Assembly: GCA_946965045.2 (NCBI GenBank)
Contig: OX337234.1
Location: forward strand, 3,286,001 to 3,350,000
Direction: 5' to 3'
DNA: 64,000 nucleotides
Origin: Epithemia pelagica
Taxonomy: Eukaryota > Protista > Bacillariophyta
The notes below the pieces were generated by a model. That model was not told where the DNA came from, made no database searches, and saw only the letters and a program-made list of their open reading frames with translations. This document shows, one piece after another, positions 36,778-49,100 of the stretch. A program made the position numbers and the translations under genes. Numbering within the stretch: the stretch's first letter is position 1; each line of letters starts with the position of its first letter.

Positions 36778-37709
36778 ATGGGTTGTAGTCAATCCTTCAC
36801 CAAGCAATCCTCCGAAAAGCATGTACCATCCGACACTCTAACGGAATCCTCCTCTTACAAGGGTACCTCTACTACTTCTGTCGACAAGAACAAGAACAAC
36901 AACAACAAGAAGCCGACGCGTCCCATGGTCTTTGCGATCATGCGCAATGGTCATGAAGTCATTCGAGGGGGCATGAAAGATATTCAAACGGCACTCGACG
37001 AACACAGGGTCGAGGAGGCCATGGACATATATCTCCAACTCGACAAGTGGATGAAATTGCACTTTCTCATGGAAGAAGGACGTCCCGGTTCCGCTGGCGA
37101 CACGACTCCCATGGGCATGTTTCGGTACGTGGGTCGACCGATCCTACCTAAGACTCCGGATGACTCCAAATTGTTGCGGCCCATTTCTCTCGACTCGTTT
37201 CCTTCTGACACGTATAGTTCTTTTTGGTTTTCAGGTTGTTGGACCACAAGTTTGACAATGTGGCCACCAAAGCTGGATTGAGACAAGACCATGAGGCTGT
37301 CGACGAAGTCGAGGCCGAAGCGATGCGGGCCGTTCAAGCCAGGGACGGTGAGGCCTTTTCCATGGCCTTTGTCGAATATCAACAAATCAATATCGATCAC
37401 ATGGAGAAGGAAGAAAAAGCCATGATGCCCAAGGTTAAGGAAATGATCAAGGAAGGTGCCAGCATGAGACAATTGGTCCGCGACGAATTAATGGCCTTGA
37501 TTGTGGACTCGCCCGATATGGAACACTTTGTCAAATATGCCAATGAAATATTAGTACGACATGCCGACAATATGCCACGTGCTCGTGTCTTTGATCATGC
37601 CTTGTTGGCGGTTTCGACACCCCAAGAATGGGACAAATATGACGCATGGATAAAGGAAACCATGCCGGACGAAGTCTATCAAGAAATTAACAATGCCATC
37701 CATGCCTAA
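36778..37709 (+). CDS. Hemerythrin-like (HHE cation-binding) protein, paralogue 1, N-terminal MGCSQS; exons 36778-37124, 37235-37709
   Basis: Pattern H(RNGHEVIR), HxxxEE(LHFLMEE), H(QDHEAVD), HxxxEE(DHMEKEE); 110-nt GT-AG intron in MFR|LLDH. Confidence 0.8.
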
Positions 37710-38042
37710 GACCAAGTGGAGGAGGAGACTTTCTCTCAGCGAACCAATGGGGTAGAGTAGCAACGGATGCTCGTCGCTAGATTCGCATAGTCAATGTACT
37801 GTGGGGGGAACACAAAGTAAACAATTGTTGTCGATGGTGTCCTAGATCTAATATGCAGATTCAAAACCACCACTCGAACCATTCGAAAAAATCTTATTCG
37901 AGGAACAAAGGTCCTATATGGTCGAGTGTGACCTATGGCACACTACAGTCTGCATCATCTAGATACAGCAAGCAGACAGCATTCCAGCCAACTTTCGCGG
38001 CACAGAGAAAAGTTTAGGTCACAGTCAGGCGCACTTTCGTAT

Positions 38043-39053
38043 TTAGTTTTTCTTGCTGACTGTCTGTTTTGTTTTCTTGTTCTTTTTGTTTTCCTCTTCC
38101 TCTTCTTGGGCTACCAACAAATCTCGTCGTAGTTGATACACCTTGAGTACATGACGTGATACCTGGTCTTGTTGTTGATCCATGAACCAGACACAGGCCG
38201 TGACCAGGACATGATAGACAACCACAACGGGTAAACTCCGTTGTCGTTCAACGGGTTCAATTTCGGCCCGTTGCAACAAGTGTCCATCCAAACAGGAATC
38301 CATGGAGGGTTCCAAATTGCGATGGGCAAAGTACAAGGCCAAGAGGGGAGCAATACAGGCATTGGCCACCATGTACCGACCATCGGAAAATAAGGCTTGC
38401 TTTTTCAATAAACGGGGATCCACGTCCAAACCAACTTTATTCTTGGTTTTGGCATCACCATGATCGTCATCGTCCTTTTTGTTGGTCCAACTCGCACTCT
38501 GTTCTTGTCGGCGTTTCAAGGCGGTTTGTTGTTTTTGCAAAAAGAAGGAGAGAAAGCAGGACATGACAATGGCCAAAATATGAACCAAGGAATCTGTCAA
38601 GACCAAGCCGACCGCCTGCCAGCCGGAGATGGGTTTGGTATCGCCTTGGACGGCGTTGGCATTGAATTGTTTGACATCTTGTAAACAGGCAGTAGATGGA
38701 TTTTGCATTTGATGAAAGGCAAGCAACATTACCATGTAGGACAAACGAACCAAATAGGTAATCCATTGTTGATGCAAGGTTTGCACCTTGAATTCATTTT
38801 TGCGAACCGCCAATTCCGCCCGAGACACTTGTTCTTCCAAGGTTTCCACCACTGATTTTTCTTTCTTATTGTCGTTGGTTGTAGTTTTAGTCTTCTTCTT
38901 TTTGCTGGTCGTTTTTGTGGTTGTTTTGTTGGGAGCTGTCGTAGGGTTCATGTCGCCGTCGTCGTCGTTGCTGGACGATGGTGGCACTTGAAACTCGCCA
39001 CTGCTATGTTCCAAATTGTAATAGCCTTGTTGCGATTGCGTTTCCTTGCTCAT
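38043..39053 (-). CDS. Uncharacterised multi-pass membrane protein
   Basis: 336-aa ATG-initiated intronless ORF with about 4 hydrophobic segments and Lys-rich termini. Confidence 0.6.
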   Translation of the reverse strand: MSKETQSQQGYYNLEHSSGEFQVPPSSSNDDDGDMNPTTAPNKTTTKTTSKKKKTKTTTNDNKKEKSVVETLEEQVSRAELAVRKNEFKVQTLHQQWITYLVRLSYMVMLLAFHQMQNPSTACLQDVKQFNANAVQGDTKPISGWQAVGLVLTDSLVHILAIVMSCFLSFFLQKQQTALKRRQEQSASWTNKKDDDDHGDAKTKNKVGLDVDPRLLKKQALFSDGRYMVANACIAPLLALYFAHRNLEPSMDSCLDGHLLQRAEIEPVERQRSLPVVVVYHVLVTACVWFMDQQQDQVSRHVLKVYQLRRDLLVAQEEEEENKKNKKTKQTVSKKN

Positions 39054-39822
39054 GGTTGTTTTGTGTATCTATAGAGTGTTTGGAAAAGTCGATGAGAGAG
39101 CGAGAGGAGAGATGCTTTTTGGACTATCGACACCCTCTTTGGAGATGAGACAGGAAAAAGTAACCTTATCTGCAAAGATACGACATCAATCGTGTCGCAC
39201 TGTTCGTTGTTCGTCCCTTTTGCCTCACCAAAAAAGCGACACAAAAGCGAAATATCATTTACTACGGGGTAGCAGAGCTAGCTATTTTACAAAACTTGTT
39301 TGGTGCTGGATGATGAACCGCTTTGTGGAATTGTGAGATCGAGGTAGCTTTTTCGAGTGGAACAACTCCTGTCCAGTCTTTGATGGAGGAGCGTCAGTTT
39401 GCAATCCACGTGATGTTTCACTGGAATCCAGAGGGCTTCTTCCTTCCTCCCATTCAATCATGAAAAAAGTCCTCCGTCCCGCTTGTTGTCGTCTTGTGGT
39501 GGTGGCTGCTGGCCGGCAACTCCACGCAGTATGTGACTGGGTGCTTTTCTTGATGGTAAACCAGCCAGTCGTGGTATGAGACAATATAGTACATCCGATG
39601 GATAGCGATCGTAACCCACTTGCTGAGCGGGTCCAAGTCCGATTCCTTCTTTGTCTCCTCTACCGGGTGTTCCCAGTGACATGCTTGACGCACCGACAGG
39701 TCTAACATAACAGTGGTTGTCTTTGTTTGCCAGTGCACGGTCCACGTATTATTCATCCGTTGTCATGAGTAGGTTCCAGTGGAGCAAAAAGTGTTTGCTC
39801 TTTCGCGATCTCCAGAATCAAA

Positions 39823-40189
39823 CAGTCCTCCCATTGCCCCCCAATCCCAATACGCAAGGAACCATTGCTCCTTTTGGCATTGGATGCAAGACGATGGAAC
39901 GTGAAATGTGAATGGAGTGTGTATTCTGTTCTGTATGTTACATCATGTATGTATGTGGCATCATCAGACCCTCGATCCTCGAGGAGATTACGACTTCGGA
40001 GTTCCAGTCCTCCCATTGCCCCCCAATCTCAAAACGCAAGGAAACATTGCGCTTTTTGGCATTGGATGCAAGACAATGGAACGTGAAATGTGAATGAAGT
40101 GTAGATTCTGTTGTATGTTACATCATGATGATGTATGTGGCATCATCAGACCCTCGATCCTCGATGGATTACAACGACTTCGGAGTTCC
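39823..40189. repeat. Two-copy tandem duplication, period ~182 bp
   Basis: cagtcctcccattgcccc...ggcattggatgcaagac...catcatcagaccctcgatcctcg...acgacttcggagttcc starting at 39823 and 40005. Confidence 0.95.
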
Positions 40190-40632
40190 GTGGTCTCCGA
40201 ATATGTTCCAGTGGGACTCGCGTTCCTTGTTTTCGTCATGGGCGGTTGTTTCAGTATTATTTGGCTTTGATAAACCTCTATCAGCTATTAGGTCGACGTC
40301 CCATGTGTCAGCCGTGCGGCGAATGACGTCAAAGAGGTCAAAAGTCCAAATCCTCTCTACAATAGGAGTTGTAGAGAAGTATCTGATCCTCTAGCTAGAG
40401 GAGTATCGATTATCGATCCGTAGCTAGGATAGTTTTTTGTCGCACCCTCTGGCTCGCCATCCGGAGCGCCAGAAGGTTCCGTGACTGATGGACAAGGTGT
40501 CAACTGAGTCACGGTTGAAGTCGCACAAACCAGTCCAAAGATCGCACTCGAATGAGGTGTTTTCTGTTGACATCAAGATCTCTCTCTGTTTGGGGTGCTG
40601 TGCCGTCACCAAGACATTGCAACGCTGATACA

Positions 40633-41706
40633 ATGTGGTCCAAGTCTCTTCTATCCCTTTTCTTGGTCGGAAATGCCTCTGTAATGACGACGACTGCCTT
40701 TGTGGCACCATCGTCGTCCATGTGCAGCAGCAAGATTGGGTCGTTGGATGCGACGGTTCGTGACAACGACAACAACGACCTGACAACCCGCCGTCACTTT
40801 GGTCAACAAGCCTTGACGACCAGTATTGTGACCTGGACCAGCACTTGGTTTGGTCCCTCGGTATTCGTGGCCGATGCGACGGGTCGTGCGACTTTGGAAC
40901 CAGTGTATCGTCGGTATGGTCCTCGCATTCGCGCCGGTGGAGACTTTTATCAAACGGAATTCAAACAATTGGTCCAAAAGGGTGATTGGGAAGGCATTCA
41001 AGCGGCTCTCCGCGAAATACCCGATCGTGTCAAGGGAGATTTGAACAAACCCGATGCCGGTGTCGCTCAACGAGCGCGATTGGCGGGAGGCTTTTCCGAT
41101 GCGCGTGTCTTGGTAGCCGGTACGTACATGATGAACGACAGTGTATAGCGAATGCATTCCGTGTGGCACAATGAAAGGAGTGGTCGGAGAGTGCGCATGC
41201 GAGGGGAGGAACTGTGTTTCTTGTGATCGTTGCTACCATTTTATCAATTGTCTACTATTCTTGGGCAAGATAGATTCATCACTGACCGCTGACCGTGTCT
41301 CTCTCAATTGTTGGTTTGGACATGGACGCATTTTTTTTGCAAACCACCTGCGGGGCTTCTCGGTCTATACACACCTACACACACCTACACACATGCAGCC
41401 GACTTGTTTGCCAGTGCCTTTTCGAGTCAGAATTCCATTTCTCCCAAAACCAAGGCCATGAAGGCCTCCGTGACCAAATTGCGATCCATAATCGCCGAAA
41501 TGGATGGCCTTACCAAACAGGCCCTGGGTCAAGACACGGGCGGTGGCTTTTTTGGATTGGGTGGCAAGAAAAAGGTCAACGAGGCCGAACTCTTGCAACA
41601 AATGCGAGTCCTGTACGCGCAGGGTGGCAATGCCTGGAACGAATACATTTTTGCCGCCAATGACGAATTGGCCTTGCAATTTGACCGATTTGAATATGTC
41701 AAGTAG
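40633..41706 (+). CDS. Plastid thylakoid-lumen protein (possible PsbQ-like helical bundle); exons 40633-41119, 41399-41706
   Basis: Signal peptide + TTA-FVAP plastid motif, then twin-arginine TTRRHFGQQALT with hydrophobic stretch ending ADA; GT-AG intron restores RVLVA|ADLFA. Confidence 0.65.
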
Positions 41707-42140
41707 AATCAAAACCCATCAATCAGAGAGTCAAACACGGAAACTCGCAGAAACAGAAATTGCACGCACACACACAACCACAAAGATTGAGACACACACC
41801 TGTTTCTACTACAACGTCACATCTGTCGTGACCAACCACCCAGGAGCACACAGGGATCTATTCTAACAGTATATAGTAAATACAGTCGAAAAGTATAGTA
41901 GTATTTGGCTGTCTGTTGAAATGAATTTGTCTTGTTCTGTACCATGAATCGAGCAAAAGACGATTGCTCCTACCAACAAAGAACGAATGCACTTCCCAAT
42001 AAAGCCTCGAGAGAATCACCACAAGTTTCGAGGATTTGCGAAACAAGCGTTCCTTCTCACTTGTTGTTTCGGAATTCGATACCGACACTCTCTCTTTTAT
42101 CTCATTTTGGTTGGTGTGTGTGTGTCTTGGTTCCTCCATG

Positions 42141-43078
42141 TTAGGCATTAATGGCGTCACTAATTTCTCGGTATTGTTCTTCCGACACGGTTTCTTGGAT
42201 CCAGGCGTCATATTTCTGCCATTCGTCGGCTGTCGATACGGCCCAGAGGGCATGATCAAAGACACGCGCCCGTGGCATGTTGTCGGCATGTCGTTCCAAC
42301 ACTTCATTGGCATATTTGACAAAGTGTTCCAAGTCGGGCGAGTCGAGAATCAAGGCCAACAATTCATCCCGCATGAGTTGTTTCATGTTGACTCCTTCCT
42401 TGGCCATTTGACTCACTTTGGGCATCATGATACTTTCTTCTTTTTCCAAATGACTCAGATTGAGTTGTTGGAGTTTGGCGTAGGCCACGCAAAAAGCCTC
42501 GCCGTCCTTGGATTCGACGGCACGATTCGTTTCGGTTTCCACCTCATCCAAGGCCTGATGATCTTCCAACAAGCCAGCCTTGCTGGCGACATTGTCAAAC
42601 TTTTGATCCAACAACCTGAAACAAACGCAAAGCAAAGCAAACAAAAGCAACACGCAAAAATTCAAAGATACAATCAGGAACTGAGACAAGGAATTGCGTC
42701 GCACGCAACGAAACTCATACTGGTTCCTTGTAGTGGTTGCATGGTATCCTCTTGATTCGGAAGAAGAGTCGACTACACGTACCGAAACATGCCCATGGGC
42801 GTCTCGGTGGAATTGGGGTGTCCTTCTTCCATGAGTTTGTGCAAGTGCATCCACTTGTCGAGTTTGCCATAGGTTTCCATGGCCTCGTCCATGTTTTGGG
42901 CATCCACGGCGGCTTGAATATCTTTCATACTCCCTCGAATCACTTCATGACCATTGCGCATAATGGCAAACACCATGGGACGCGGCTTATCAGGCGATGA
43001 AGCCGAAGCAGCAGCCGCCGCAGGCTTTTCCGGTGCCTCCGTGGCAGGGGTGGCCAATGTGGATTGCAGACATCCCAT
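42141..43078 (-). CDS. Hemerythrin-like (HHE) protein, paralogue 2, N-terminal MGCLQS; exons 43078-42783, 42615-42141
   Basis: Same His/Glu pattern and the same intron position (MFR|LLDQ) as paralogue 1; shared PMVFAIMRNGHEVIRG and RHADNMPRARVFDHAL. Confidence 0.8.
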
Positions 43079-43794
43079 GATCCAGGTGGTACGAGGATGG
43101 TGTTTCTTCCGTTGCAACTGACTACTAGGTAGAGAGCGAGGACAACAAAAAAACTGGATGTTTTCCACCAAGCTTGCGAATTGGATTCAATGACGACGAC
43201 GAGGCCCGTGTTTGAGGGGAAAAAGCTTGTCGTCGAACCGCAAAAGAAGAAGAAGAAGAAGAAGAAGAAGACTTGGGTGATGCTGCTATTGCTTGTTGAA
43301 TCCAAGAGGAACAAGGTCGAGCGCCAACCACTGTCCGCAACATGCTACAGGAGAAAGAGAATGGGGGCAACGGCGATAAGGTTCTCCTCGTCCTCTTCCT
43401 CATTGTTCCATCGCGACCGACAGATGGACCGTAGGTTGGATCTTTTCGCGCGTGACGGGTGCGCACCATGCGCGAGCCACTTGGATTCGCATGGCTGGCG
43501 CGTCGAGTGCATGTTTCAACATGACCACAAGTGTAGGTCTCTGTATCTGTAGCTCTATCAACATAGTTTTCATACTAGAGTTACAAGTTACTCCTACAAC
43601 TCGCTCTTTTTGCCTTCAGATTTGGGTAGTCTCTAGAATTCAACGTCTTGCCGGTAATCTCTTGTTGTGAGGGGACGATGCCGGGGGAGAGGGTTACTGG
43701 TATCTGTGGTTTGTCGTACCTCTATATGCTTGGTTTGGAGTCGTCAGAGCAGGAACCAGTACAGACAGCAGCATGATGGTTTCTTGTCCTTGAC

Positions 43795-45168
43795 CTAGAA
43801 ATCCTCTTCGGATGTGCAAGCCCTATTGACCTCTTCCGACCAAGTCAGCCACTCTCTTCTCTTTTGGGCTTCATCGTCTTCCGTGACAGCCTGGTTGTTG
43901 TTGTTGTTGTTGCCTCGTCTGGTGGGGTTGGGATTCCAATGCGGCGATACAATCTTGTTGGATCCACAGTCGGCATAATGTTTGCAGGCATTCATGGTTT
44001 TGACATGTTCGCCTTCGTCTTGACAAATATTCTGAAACACGTCGTAAAGGGTACCACACGGCGGCGTTCTCGTTTGGGGCTTTTTGGAGACTTGAAAATC
44101 GTCAAACATGTAGGGATTGTCCGCTTGGTAATAGGCAATGGCCACTTGGGGTGCCGGCAGCGACACGAGTCGCTCCTTGTTTTCTTTGACAAAGGTTCCG
44201 TAGGTATCCACGGCGTGACTTTCCAACAACTCCATGAATTCATACGCGGCCTTGGGACTGCACAAAAAGAGCCCGTTAATGGCCCAGTAGTAGCCAAAGG
44301 CCACGTGGTAGCCCAAGAACCGATCGCGCCATCGCGCATTGCCTCCCAAGGCTTCCATGATGAGCAAATGATGCAATTCATTGTATTCTTCCGCGTAATG
44401 AATTTTGCGGAGTTCCGGTTCGCGCCACCAGCCAAAACTTTCGTACAAGTGCAACATGGACACGTAGGAAAAGTAGGGAATGCGGGCAATAATTTCCAAA
44501 AACCAAAATCGGGCAATGGGTCGTCCGGGAAACAATTCGTCCAGCGCAAAACATCCCACGTCGTAGAGCCATCGCGACACGACATTGGTTTCCACTTTTT
44601 GGCCGGCCACGACTTCGCGTCGGTGCTCGGCCTCCTTCACGGCCTCATTGTCCAAGGTAAAGCCCAAACAATCGGGCAGTCGCTGACTGCGTGGTACGTA
44701 CGATTCGTGACGGAGTTTCAGGCCCGTCTCCTCCAACAGTTCCTGCACAAGGCTCGATCCTTGACGCCGGAAATTGTCCAAGGCCAATTCAAAGGCACTT
44801 TCGGGCTTGTTTCCGTCACTGTAGGTTGTCGAGTCCAGGTACGAACGCGCATTGACACGGGGAAGAACTCGACCATTCTCCTCCTCCTCCTTGGGTGGGT
44901 TTGTTGGGTCCTCGTCGTTTGGTAACACAGGAGGAGGAGGAGAGGAGGAGGGTGGTTCCGTTTGACGTGTCGAGTCGACCGCCATGAGTGGCTGCGGATA
45001 ATGGTGTGGCGTCCTCCTTTGGATGACACGGGTGCTAGCCGGCGTCACAACAAAGCCTTCCGACGGCGTTGCCCCAAACGTGAGGAAAAGAATCGCATGC
45101 AGCGGTTGGAATCGAAGGATTCGTCGTATCGTCGTGGTTGTTGTTGTCGTCGTTGTCGTCGTCTTCAT
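43795..45168 (-). CDS. PTOX: Plastid terminal oxidase (alternative oxidase family, di-iron)
   Basis: FWFLEIIARIPYFSY, AEEYNELHHLLIME, ELLESHAVDTY and DEGEHVKTM iron-ligand motifs; bipartite presequence (SEG-FVV). Confidence 0.88.
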   Translation of the reverse strand: MKTTTTTTTTTTTIRRILRFQPLHAILFLTFGATPSEGFVVTPASTRVIQRRTPHHYPQPLMAVDSTRQTEPPSSSPPPPVLPNDEDPTNPPKEEEENGRVLPRVNARSYLDSTTYSDGNKPESAFELALDNFRRQGSSLVQELLEETGLKLRHESYVPRSQRLPDCLGFTLDNEAVKEAEHRREVVAGQKVETNVVSRWLYDVGCFALDELFPGRPIARFWFLEIIARIPYFSYVSMLHLYESFGWWREPELRKIHYAEEYNELHHLLIMEALGGNARWRDRFLGYHVAFGYYWAINGLFLCSPKAAYEFMELLESHAVDTYGTFVKENKERLVSLPAPQVAIAYYQADNPYMFDDFQVSKKPQTRTPPCGTLYDVFQNICQDEGEHVKTMNACKHYADCGSNKIVSPHWNPNPTRRGNNNNNNQAVTEDDEAQKRREWLTWSEEVNRACTSEEDF

Positions 45169-46180
45169 GATGATGATTTGGATTCCGACTCAGTTTCCTG
45201 GTTGCAGCAAGCGAGATGGATGATGAAGCAGAAAGCAGCTTTACGATCTCTCTGTCTCGAGAAGGAAGCAATGGATCGTGATGTGTCTGGGTTTGGAAAG
45301 GCCATTGGAATCATGGAGAGTTCTTTCGGGGGAATGATGTCATTCGGGTTGGGGTACCCGGATATGCAGCATATTGTACATTCTCAATTCTCATACCTAT
45401 ATATTCTATATTGTGTCTTTGTTTTACGAGTATACGATTATAGCATTCTCGTACTTATTTCTCGGAGTAATAGTATATTAAACAAAGTACCTCCAAGGAG
45501 AAGCAAGGTAGTCTACATAGCAGATAGCAGCAGTTCAGGGTCCAGGATGCTATAGATACCGCTTCTTTCTTTGGTTGCTTCTCTATTATTTCTAGTAGAG
45601 TAGAATCGCTGACAAAAGGACGTGTTGTCGAGGAAACAACAGTGGAGAACCGCGTTGTCATCATCATTATCGTCGTCGTCGTCGTCGTCGTTCCAACAGA
45701 GCGAACCACAGTCGTTCAGGACTGCCTGCCCTGTGCCCACACACATGTGTGGTGCTGGAGAGAGAGACAGCTTTGGTGCGTCAGGGGACGAATCAAACGG
45801 AACAAGAGTCGTGACGTACGAATGGAAAACAAAAGTTCCCTACCATTGGGGTCGTGGTCCATTGTCATGTGTGGCTACTACAACTTAGTCACTCTAGTAG
45901 ATCTATTCTGGTCGACGCGAGTCCAGAGAGGTTGTAGTCCGCACACCAGAATATATTTCAGGACAAGAGAGCTTGACTGCACAAAGAGTGTGTGGGCGGC
46001 GATTTCGACCTAACAGGTCTTGACGACAATCATGGAGCCGTCTGTTTCCCAGCAGTACTTGGTAGATCCCTTAACAGGGGAATGGAGTGCGGGAGAGGAG
46101 ACAAACAAGTGGTTCTCTCTGTGTGTTTCTGCCGAACGGACACGAACCAAATTGTGTGTGTGTGTGTGGGACCATCATCA

Positions 46181-49100
46181 TCAAGTCGTTTGGAGTTCCT
46201 GAATGGCTCGACCAATTCCGTGTTCATGAGCAAACAAGTAGGATCCCGAAACCAGTAGATTGGCTCCAGCATCCACCATGCGACGTGCCGTTTGGGCATT
46301 GACGCCTCCATCGACCATGATATCCAAGGAATTATCCACCAAGCCTTGTTGCTTCCAGGTACCAAGTGTTTGCACCTTGCTCAACACATGAGATTGAAAG
46401 ACTTGTCCCCCAAAGCCCGGTTCGACGGCCAAGACGTCCACAACCGAAAGTAGGCCCGATTGCAAGAGGGGATAAATTTCTTCGACGGCCGTTTGGGGAT
46501 TGAGGGAGACACCACATTCCATGTGATTGTCGATAAGGCACTTGGCCAAAAACAAGGCCTTGTGGAGACGACCCCATTTCGGCAAGCCTTCCCATTGAAA
46601 AATAAAGCGACAGGGGACACCCCGGGTTGCCTCGGCCATGGATTCGACAAAGCGTTCCGGTTGATGGACGCACATGTGCAGATCCATAGAAGGTTGTTGT
46701 TGTTCTTGTTGTGTCGACGCTTCGGTTGGTTTCCGGTTCAAGAGTGTCTTGGCAATGGTTTGGACCATGGCCGGACCAAAGGTAAAGGCATCGGGTGATT
46801 TCAAGGCGACACCATCAAAGACATCGACATGGAGTCGTGAGGCTCCGGCATCCAAACACCGATGGATTTCACGTTGCATGGATCCAAAATCACAGGCCAA
46901 CAAGGAAGGTGAAATGGTCACGTCCTTCCAAATGGGGTCCACTACCATTGACTCGTTGTCGTCGTCGTCCTTGCTGTCGTTGTCGTTGGGAGCGGATTCC
47001 TCTTCCTTGTCAGTCTCAGTCGTAGTGGATATCGTTTCGTCCCTGGTAGAGGATTCCATTTTCAAGGATACAGAACCCACCTGGTTTGATGCTGGACCGA
47101 CCGTGTCCGGTTCACGGTTGCTGTTCCAGTCTAGTTCTTCTTGTGGAGTATTGGACGACAAGATATGAGTATGAATGGCATGCACCAGTGGTCGGACGGT
47201 CGAGGCCACGTTTTGGTAGACCTTTTTGTAAATGCGATCGTAGATAGCCGCCGTTTCGGGATTGGGATAGATCACGGTCGAGGGTGGCAGCATGGCCTGC
47301 ACGGCATCGTGCCACGAGGCATGAAGGCCCACACCGACACTGGCCAGCATGGCACAGCCCAAGAGGGGTGCATTGTGTTGCGGACCAAAGACCCGAATGG
47401 GACGATTGGTAATATCGGCATGCAATTGCAACCACAAGGGACTGTTGGCAATGCCACCGGCCAAGATGATTTCCGAACAGCGAGGAATGGGTTTGGTCGT
47501 GGTGCTCGTGGAGGAATCGTTATCGTCGTCGTCCGCTGCCGATGCTGCCGCCGCTTCTTCCAAGGCTTCGAGACAGGCACGAGTGCCAAAACACACGCCT
47601 TCCATGAGGGCGCGCCAGACATGTCCCTGCGTATGGGACAAGGTCCATCCCAGCAAGGCACCACGGGCCAAGGGATCCGTGACGGGCGTCCGCGATCCTT
47701 GAAAGGTTTCCAAGGCCACCAGGCCATTGCTGCCGGGTGGAATGGTGGCCGCCCAGGCATCCAATTCCGCATACGACAAGGCGGATGTTGTGGGAGTTGG
47801 AGAGTTGTTAGTGTCGTCCTTGTCGTCCTCTGGTTGTGGTTGTGGTGGTTGTCTGACGGCCGATGGAGCAAACAATTTGGAATGGGCCCACTTTAGGAGG
47901 GATCCCGTACTGGATTGTCCCCCTTCGGCAAAGGCGATACCGGGGAGGGGGGCATCTTGGTAGGGTCCCCACATGCCGCGACCACCCCGCACAACGGCGG
48001 GGTAGGGACGAGCGGGAACAATGAGGCAATGCAAATGCGACGATCCCGTAATCAAACACAATTGGGGAGACGGCGATGCTGATGATGAAGTAGAGTCCTT
48101 GGGAATCTGTGGCGACTGCCTGCTCTTGCCCCATATCCTGGATGGAGTCGTTGTGGTTGTGGATGTACTAGAAGTTGTGGTAGTTGTGTCGTTGTTGCTG
48201 CTGCCGAGGAGCGATCCAAGACATCCCAATCCAATCATGCCGACAAAGGCATCGGGTCCTCCTTGAATGACGATGGGCAAGTCGTCGATGGTTGGGCAGA
48301 GAAGGGTGGTATTGGTGGCGGTGTTGAAAAATCCCAAGTCTCGAGCCGCCCGTTCCGTCAACTTTCCCACGGTTTGTCCCATGGCCAAACAGGTTTGGGG
48401 CAATTTTTTGGCCAAGTCCGAAATGCCCAATTGTCGATACAAGGACAGGGGTCGACCGGGGTAGGGATCCATTTCGTGGTGATGGTTGTTGTGGTTGGTT
48501 TCGTCCTTGTTCTTGTCCTCATTGGTGTCGTTATTGTCAGTTTGGACCACGGCTCGTCGGGCATCCCAATGCCATCGGACCGCGGCATTGCAAGCGGACG
48601 CGACCCACCGGTTGGTCAATTGATAATTGAGATAGTCTTGATATTCTCCAATGTGTTGGGCGCGTTGCCACGTTTCCTCGTATTCGTGTTGGTGCAACCA
48701 CAGGGCCTTGGGAATCATCCATTCGGCCGAAATTGTTGGGCAATGAGTGCCGCCATTGAGGGACAGCGTGGGATGGCCGGCGGCGACGGTGGCCATGTAT
48801 TTGGTTTGAGCCGCACTCCGTTGATCCATCCACAAGAGGGCGGGACGCAGCGGTTGATACTGCGCGTTCAAGGCCACGACGGAACAGCACGTGGTATCCA
48901 TACACAGCGCGACAATCTGCCACTCCTCCTCGTCCGGATTGGCTTGTTGTTGTTGTTGTGCTTGTTCCACGACAACCGTTTGGAGCGTTTCGTGAACGGC
49001 TTGGCACAAGCTGCGATACCAATCGTGCGGATCTTGTTCGGCCCATCCGGGATGGGGATGGTGGGTCGGATACGGCACACTGGTCGGAGTGCCGACAATG

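Noticed and set aside
39823-40189. Tandem repeats (also 33384-33637, 56111-56148) considered as CRISPR arrays
   Set aside because: Only two copies, no unique spacers, no cas genes, and a eukaryotic context
43795-45168. Alternative call as mitochondrial AOX
   Set aside because: The plastid-type bipartite leader and the ARIPYFSY/ELHHLLIME motifs fit PTOX
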